Below are positions 63,416 to 64,000 of a stretch of DNA of 64,000 nt, piece by piece. The notes beneath the pieces are model-generated. The model searched no databases, was not told the origin of the DNA, and saw nothing but the letters and a program-made list of their open reading frames with translations. Source of the stretch: Thermoplasmata archaeon (GTDB lineage: Archaea; Thermoplasmatota; Thermoplasmata; Lutacidiplasmatales; UBA184); contig JBOGRS010000002.1 of the NCBI GenBank assembly GCA_050749685.1, positions 3,881-67,880 of the forward strand. Direction: 5' to 3'. Every line of letters starts with the position of its first letter. The stretch's first letter is position 1. Position numbers and translations under genes: made by a program.

Positions 63416-63427
63416 CGATATTTAACG
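63416..63427 (-). promoter_or_regulatory. TATA box for the 5S rRNA gene
   Basis: Minus-strand cgTTAAATATcg is centred about 25 nt upstream of the 5S 5' end at 63396. Confidence 0.5.
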
Positions 63428-63573
63428 TTCGCCCGCACGCGCTCGCCCGCGCGTCACGCCCTCCCCGGACCGCGCCCTGCGCGTGCCCGCCGCCGAGAGG
63501 GTATTTGTGCTCGGCCGGAGTGGGCGGGCCGTCGCCGGGCCGTGCGAACGCGGCGGGCGCCGAAGGTCGCTCG

Positions 63574-64000
63574 ATGAGCCACGACCCGCCGACGGTGCGC
63601 GTGCGCGAGTACCGTCTCGCCCTGGTCGTGGACGTCGCGGAGCTCCGCTTCCACGGCACGGTCGAGATCGACGTCGAGGGTCTCGGACCGACCCTGACGC
63701 TCGACGCGGTGGGACTCGAGATCGAGACCGCCCGCAGCGGACAGGGACCGCTCACCGTCACGTACGCGCCGGAGCGGGAGGAGATTGTGCTCGACGGATT
63801 CACCGAAGCGATCGGGACCGCGGTGCTCGACTTCCGCGGGAAGGTGGCGGAGAAGGGGATGGTCGGGCTCTACCGCTCCCGCTTCGGGGACGGAACGATC
63901 CTCACGACGCAATGCGCCCCCACGGGGGCGCGCCGCGTCTTCCCGTGCATCGACCGACCCGATGCGAAGGCGCCGATCGCTCTCGACCTCACCGTCGGAC
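63574..64000 (+). CDS. pepN: M1 family aminopeptidase N, N-terminal part (continues beyond the window)
   Basis: ATG at 63574. TTQCAPTGARRVFPCIDRPDAKA matches the M1 N-terminal-domain motif (E/QxTxARxxFPCxDEP). Confidence 0.8.
   Translation, partial: MSHDPPTVRVREYRLALVVDVAELRFHGTVEIDVEGLGPTLTLDAVGLEIETARSGQGPLTVTYAPEREEIVLDGFTEAIGTAVLDFRGKVAEKGMVGLYRSRFGDGTILTTQCAPTGARRVFPCIDRPDAKAPIALDLTVG

Noticed and set aside
1-64000. CRISPR arrays, cas genes, restriction-modification or toxin-antitoxin modules.
   Set aside because: No regularly spaced direct repeats or recognisable defence-gene signatures were seen anywhere in the window on reading both strands.

Overview
The window is 64 kb of a very GC-rich archaeal chromosome. 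GC content was judged by eye (third codon positions are almost always G/C); it was not computed. Most starts appear to be GTG or TTG. The archaeal assignment rests on ribosomal protein L40e, RNA polymerase subunit K, a geranylgeranyl reductase with an adjacent ferredoxin, archease, translin, a Pcc1-like protein and archaeal-type BRE/TATA promoters in front of leaderless or short-leader genes. An unlinked 5S rRNA gene near the right end, with its own TATA box, fits the scattered rRNA arrangement of Thermoplasmata-like archaea; the lineage call is inference. Content is mostly housekeeping and transport: tandem aldehyde dehydrogenases; a peptide ABC transporter (binding protein plus oppBCDF-like genes); a GSA-aminomutase-like enzyme; a glycogen-debranching-like glycosidase; an ABC-2 exporter; a flavin reductase / TrxB / ferredoxin / GGR redox cluster; a fused EtfB-EtfA; IleRS; serA plus a class V aminotransferase; a MoxR / DUF58 / DUF4129 membrane cluster; TrmI; tRNA-Gly(GCC); a ZIP transporter with a divergent HTH regulator; a Na+/H+ antiporter; MTAP / translin / DUF357; transaldolase plus split transketolase; endonuclease IV; and the 5' end of pepN. 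The standout feature is a 7 kb gene (43949-50974, minus strand) encoding a 2341-aa glycoprotein-like surface protein. It has many PKD repeats, thrombospondin-type-3-like Ca-binding motifs and a polytopic hydrophobic C-terminal domain, giving a polycystin-1-like architecture. Many long antisense ORFs in the six-frame track are artefacts of stop-codon-poor GC-rich DNA. No CRISPR array, integrase or transposase was seen.
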